Shown: one piece after another, positions 54,971-57,904 of the stretch
Numbering within the stretch: position 1 is the stretch's first letter
How the letters are laid out: every line of letters begins with the position of its first letter
Virus record (IMG/VR): IMGVR_UViG_3300028883_000011
Span: 1 to 57,904 of that record
Length of the DNA stretch: 57,904 nucleotides
Source: a virus
Lineage: Duplodnaviria; Caudoviricetes
Strand: one strand, 5' to 3'
Position numbers and translations under genes: made by a program
The notes under the pieces: model-generated
Databases searched by the model: none
What the model saw: only the letters and a program-made list of their open reading frames with translations
Told to the model about the DNA's origin: nothing

Positions 54971-56365
54971 ATGGGCGTTGAGACTCCGACATCAGAGTAT
55001 AAAGACCACAAGGGACGGTGGGATCGCTGCCGGGATGCAGTAGAGGGATCGGATGCGATCAAGGAAAAGACAACCACCTATCTGCCCATGATCGGGGATC
55101 CGAATGATTCGAATTGCACAGAGAAATACAAGGCTTACCTGAAGCGGGCCCTCTGGTTTGGATTAACCGCCCGAGTTGTCGAGGGCTTGGTGGGTGCCAT
55201 CTTCCGCAAGAAACCAATCATCAACATACCTGAATCAAAAATGGAATTCCTGCACTCCATGACACCGGACGGAGAATCCCTGGAGGAGTTCGCCCAGATC
55301 GTGACAGAGGAGGTGATTATCACCGGCCGCTATGGGGTTCTGGTCGACATGCCATCCGAAGAAGGAGTTCAGGTCGCTTACCTGGCTGGGTATAAGACCG
55401 AGGCTATTATCAACCTGAGATATAACCGAGCTGGTGGCACCGATAAACTCTCGCTGGTGGTTCTTAAGGAGTCGGTTCGCAGGGTTGATGCCGAGGATCC
55501 GTTCCGGGTGAAAAAAGAGGATCAGTACAGAGTCCTCTCCCTGGACGAAAACATGAAATACAAGGTCCAGGTCTACGTCAAAAATGATAGCGAGTTCGTT
55601 GAAGATCTCGACCAGACAGTAAACCCAACTCTGCGAGGAGAGTATCTCGATTTCATTCCCTTTGTCCCAATCGGACCCAGCCCCAAAAAACGAGGGATTC
55701 AGAAAAGCCCGATCCAGGACGTAGTAGACGCCAATATTTCACTGTTCTGTACCTCGGCTGACCTGGAAAACGGCCGGCACTGGTGCGGATGTCCAACCCT
55801 TTGGGGCGCTGGAATTGATGATGAGAGCGACGATGAAACCAAAATCATGGTTGGATCTCCCGTCGCTCATTTATTCGCAAATCCTGAAGCCAGCCTTCAA
55901 CTGCTGGAGTTATCCGAGGGGCTGCAGCCGCTTGAAAAAGCTATTGAGGAGAAAAAGGATTTGATTATCGCACTGGGCGGCCGGCTGCTGGAAGCGCAAA
56001 AGCGCCAGGTGGAAGCAGCTGACACCCATAAGGAGCGGAAACAGGGCGAGAACTCAGTTCTGGCCACGATCGCTAACAGTATTTCCTCTTCTTTGACCAA
56101 GCTGCTCCGGTGGTGGGCGGAATGGTCGACAGTTCCCGAGTATGAAAAGGTTTCGATTTCGTTGAACACCGATTTTGTAGCAGATCAATTTGCAGCAACA
56201 AACCTGAAAGAGCTCAGAGAGGCTCTGAAAAACGGGGACATCTCATTCGCGACCTACTTCTACAACATGAAACGGGCAGAGATGTATCCGGATGAATGGA
56301 CCGAGAACGACGAAAAAGAGTCCATTGACGCAGATGGAGGCGGCTTGAAAGACGCCTCCTTATAA
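54971..56365 (+). CDS. Portal protein (DUF4055-like)
   Basis: YLP...YKAYLKRA, GRYGVLVD, DFIPFV; synteny. Confidence 0.88.
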   Translation: MGVETPTSEYKDHKGRWDRCRDAVEGSDAIKEKTTTYLPMIGDPNDSNCTEKYKAYLKRALWFGLTARVVEGLVGAIFRKKPIINIPESKMEFLHSMTPDGESLEEFAQIVTEEVIITGRYGVLVDMPSEEGVQVAYLAGYKTEAIINLRYNRAGGTDKLSLVVLKESVRRVDAEDPFRVKKEDQYRVLSLDENMKYKVQVYVKNDSEFVEDLDQTVNPTLRGEYLDFIPFVPIGPSPKKRGIQKSPIQDVVDANISLFCTSADLENGRHWCGCPTLWGAGIDDESDDETKIMVGSPVAHLFANPEASLQLLELSEGLQPLEKAIEEKKDLIIALGGRLLEAQKRQVEAADTHKERKQGENSVLATIANSISSSLTKLLRWWAEWSTVPEYEKVSISLNTDFVADQFAATNLKELREALKNGDISFATYFYNMKRAEMYPDEWTENDEKESIDADGGGLKDASL

Positions 56366-56384
56366 ACTTTAACCAGAGGTTACC

Positions 56385-57176
56385 ATGAAGTTGAAAGCCA
56401 TATACGATACATTGGAAGACGTCCCTGAATCGTTCCGAGAGCTATTCTCCAAGGGGGATGACGGAAAATATCACCTGTCCGAGGTCGAGGGAATCACCAC
56501 CAAAGATAAGGTCAACCAATTCCGGGAGAACAACGTGACCCTGCTGAAAGAGAAGGAAAAGCTCAAAGAGCAGCTGAAGCTCCTGGAAGGCGTTGACCCC
56601 GAGAAGTATAAGGAGATGGAGGCCAAACTCCTGGAGATCCAGGACAAGGAACTGCTGGACAAGGGGAAGATCGAAGAGCTGTTGGAACAGCGCACTGCTC
56701 GAATCAAGAAAGATTTTGAAAATAAAGGTATTGAGCTGACCAAAACGATCGAAACCCAGAAAGCGGAACTTGAGAGCCTGACCGGAATGTTGACGCAGAC
56801 CATGATTGAAGCCGATGTCTCCAGTGCTGTAAGCGCAATTGGCAAACTGCAGAAAGGAGCCTTGTTTGATGTCAAAAGCCGGGCTCACCGGGACTGGCGC
56901 CTGGATGATGTCGACGGGAAGAAGGTCTTGAGGGCCTACGACCAGAACGGCGCTCTCAGGTACGGTTCCGAAGGGCAGCCCTTAACCCCGGCTGAATGGG
57001 CCAAAGACCTAGCAGAAAATGCACCACACCTGTTTGCGGGGTCGGTTGGCTCAGGATCCCAGGGGGACGGCGGCAGCCATGGCACAGGGCAGACCATTTC
57101 AATTGATAGCATGCCGGATCTCACAGCGGACCAGATAGCAAAAATAGCATCCGGAGAACTCAAAGTGACCGGATGA
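56385..57176 (+). CDS. Capsid scaffolding protein
   Basis: Coiled coil, GVDPEKY, APHLF..S.GSGS motif. Confidence 0.8.
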   Translation: MKLKAIYDTLEDVPESFRELFSKGDDGKYHLSEVEGITTKDKVNQFRENNVTLLKEKEKLKEQLKLLEGVDPEKYKEMEAKLLEIQDKELLDKGKIEELLEQRTARIKKDFENKGIELTKTIETQKAELESLTGMLTQTMIEADVSSAVSAIGKLQKGALFDVKSRAHRDWRLDDVDGKKVLRAYDQNGALRYGSEGQPLTPAEWAKDLAENAPHLFAGSVGSGSQGDGGSHGTGQTISIDSMPDLTADQIAKIASGELKVTG

Positions 57177-57193
57177 CGTAGTTATTTTCAAAG

Positions 57194-57232
57194 CTCCAAC
57201 GCAGAGCTGCGGAGTAATTCCGCCCAGAGGGC
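57194..57232 (+). promoter_or_regulatory. Double AGA-triloop hairpin motif upstream of the capsid gene
   Basis: Near-identical to 9241-9277. Confidence 0.6.
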
Positions 57233-57265
57233 ATATATTCTGTAACCCTCTATTGGAGGTTTGAA

Positions 57266-57904
57266 ATGTCAATGAGCAATACACTTACCGCTATCATCGC
57301 CCAGATTCTCGCAAAAGGGCTGATGGGACTGCGGTCAACCGTGTTGATGACAAGGCTTGTCAATACGGACTATTCCCGTGATGCAAAGAATTACGGTAGC
57401 ACAATCGATGTTCCCATTGCATCCGCAAAGTCTGCCAGTAACGTCACTCCGGCAGCGGTTCCTCCCGCTCCTGATAACAGCACGGTTTCCACGGTGCAGA
57501 TCAGTCTGAGCAACTGGAAACATTCCTCTTTCGGCCTGACCGATAAAGAGATTGATCAGATCCTGGCCGATAAGCACTTTATTCCCCTGCAGATGCAGGA
57601 ATCCTTCGAAGCTCTGGCCACCGCCATCAACGATTCCGTGTTTGCCTGTTATCCAGGAATTTACGGTTATACCGGCACTGCTGGCACCACTCCTTTCGGG
57701 TCCGGTGTTACAGTTGCCTCTGCGACCAACCTGCGGAAAATCCTGAACCAGCAGCGCTGCCCGAAGGGTCAACGTTCGGCTGTCTTGGATTGGGATGCTG
57801 AAGCGGCTGCTCTAGCGCTGGCTGTTTTCAGTGACGCCGAAAAAGTTGGCTCCAACGATGTCAAGATCGAAGGTGAAATTGGCCGTAAATTTGGGATCAA
57901 CTGG
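57266..57904 (+). CDS. Major capsid protein, 5' part (continues at window start; about 392 aa in total)
   Basis: RBS GGAGG; MSNTLTAIIAQILAKGL..LR...LVNTDYS...GSTIDVP; no stop before the window end. Confidence 0.9.
   Translation, partial: MSMSNTLTAIIAQILAKGLMGLRSTVLMTRLVNTDYSRDAKNYGSTIDVPIASAKSASNVTPAAVPPAPDNSTVSTVQISLSNWKHSSFGLTDKEIDQILADKHFIPLQMQESFEALATAINDSVFACYPGIYGYTGTAGTTPFGSGVTVASATNLRKILNQQRCPKGQRSAVLDWDAEAAALALAVFSDAEKVGSNDVKIEGEIGRKFGINW
57778..57904. repeat. Terminal direct repeat (copy 2)
   Basis: Identical to 1-127. Confidence 0.97.

Noticed and set aside
57335-57772. Minus-strand 145-aa ORF and 57552-57746
   Set aside because: Shadows of the capsid gene, which the ORF track missed because it runs off the window end
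57778-57904. 127-bp terminal repeat as a biological DTR
   Set aside because: It falls mid-capsid gene and equals a common assembler k-mer length, so it indicates circularity only

Overview
The window is a complete temperate tailed-phage (siphovirus-type) genome of 57,777 bp. Bases 1-127 repeat at 57778-57904, and the cut falls inside the major capsid gene. In order it carries: the end of the head module; a giant MuF-fusion effector with two small partner genes; lysis genes; neck and tail genes with a -1 frameshifted chaperone; tail-tip genes ending in an Mtd/DGR-target-like adhesin; an integrase with an intact attP (3' half of a tRNA-CAT plus six arm repeats); an AT-rich accessory island (three-gene HicAB-like operon, second tyrosine recombinase, type IIG R-M enzyme, membrane proteins); the immunity region; recombination and replication genes (ERF, exonuclease, SMC-like ATPase, SSB, initiator, DnaB); a C5 methyltransferase and nin-like genes; then terminase, portal, scaffold and capsid. 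The most notable items are: (1) a ~1,390-aa MuF-Nudix-kinase-(ART-like) capsid-associated protein with candidate immunity genes; (2) three tRNA-shaped non-coding elements that keep acceptor and T arms but replace the anticodon arm; (3) a DGR-style variable region with no RT or template repeat in the genome; (4) a shared AGA-triloop hairpin motif ahead of the most highly expressed structural genes; (5) a two-integrase defence island. All protein calls come from motif recognition and synteny, not database searches.
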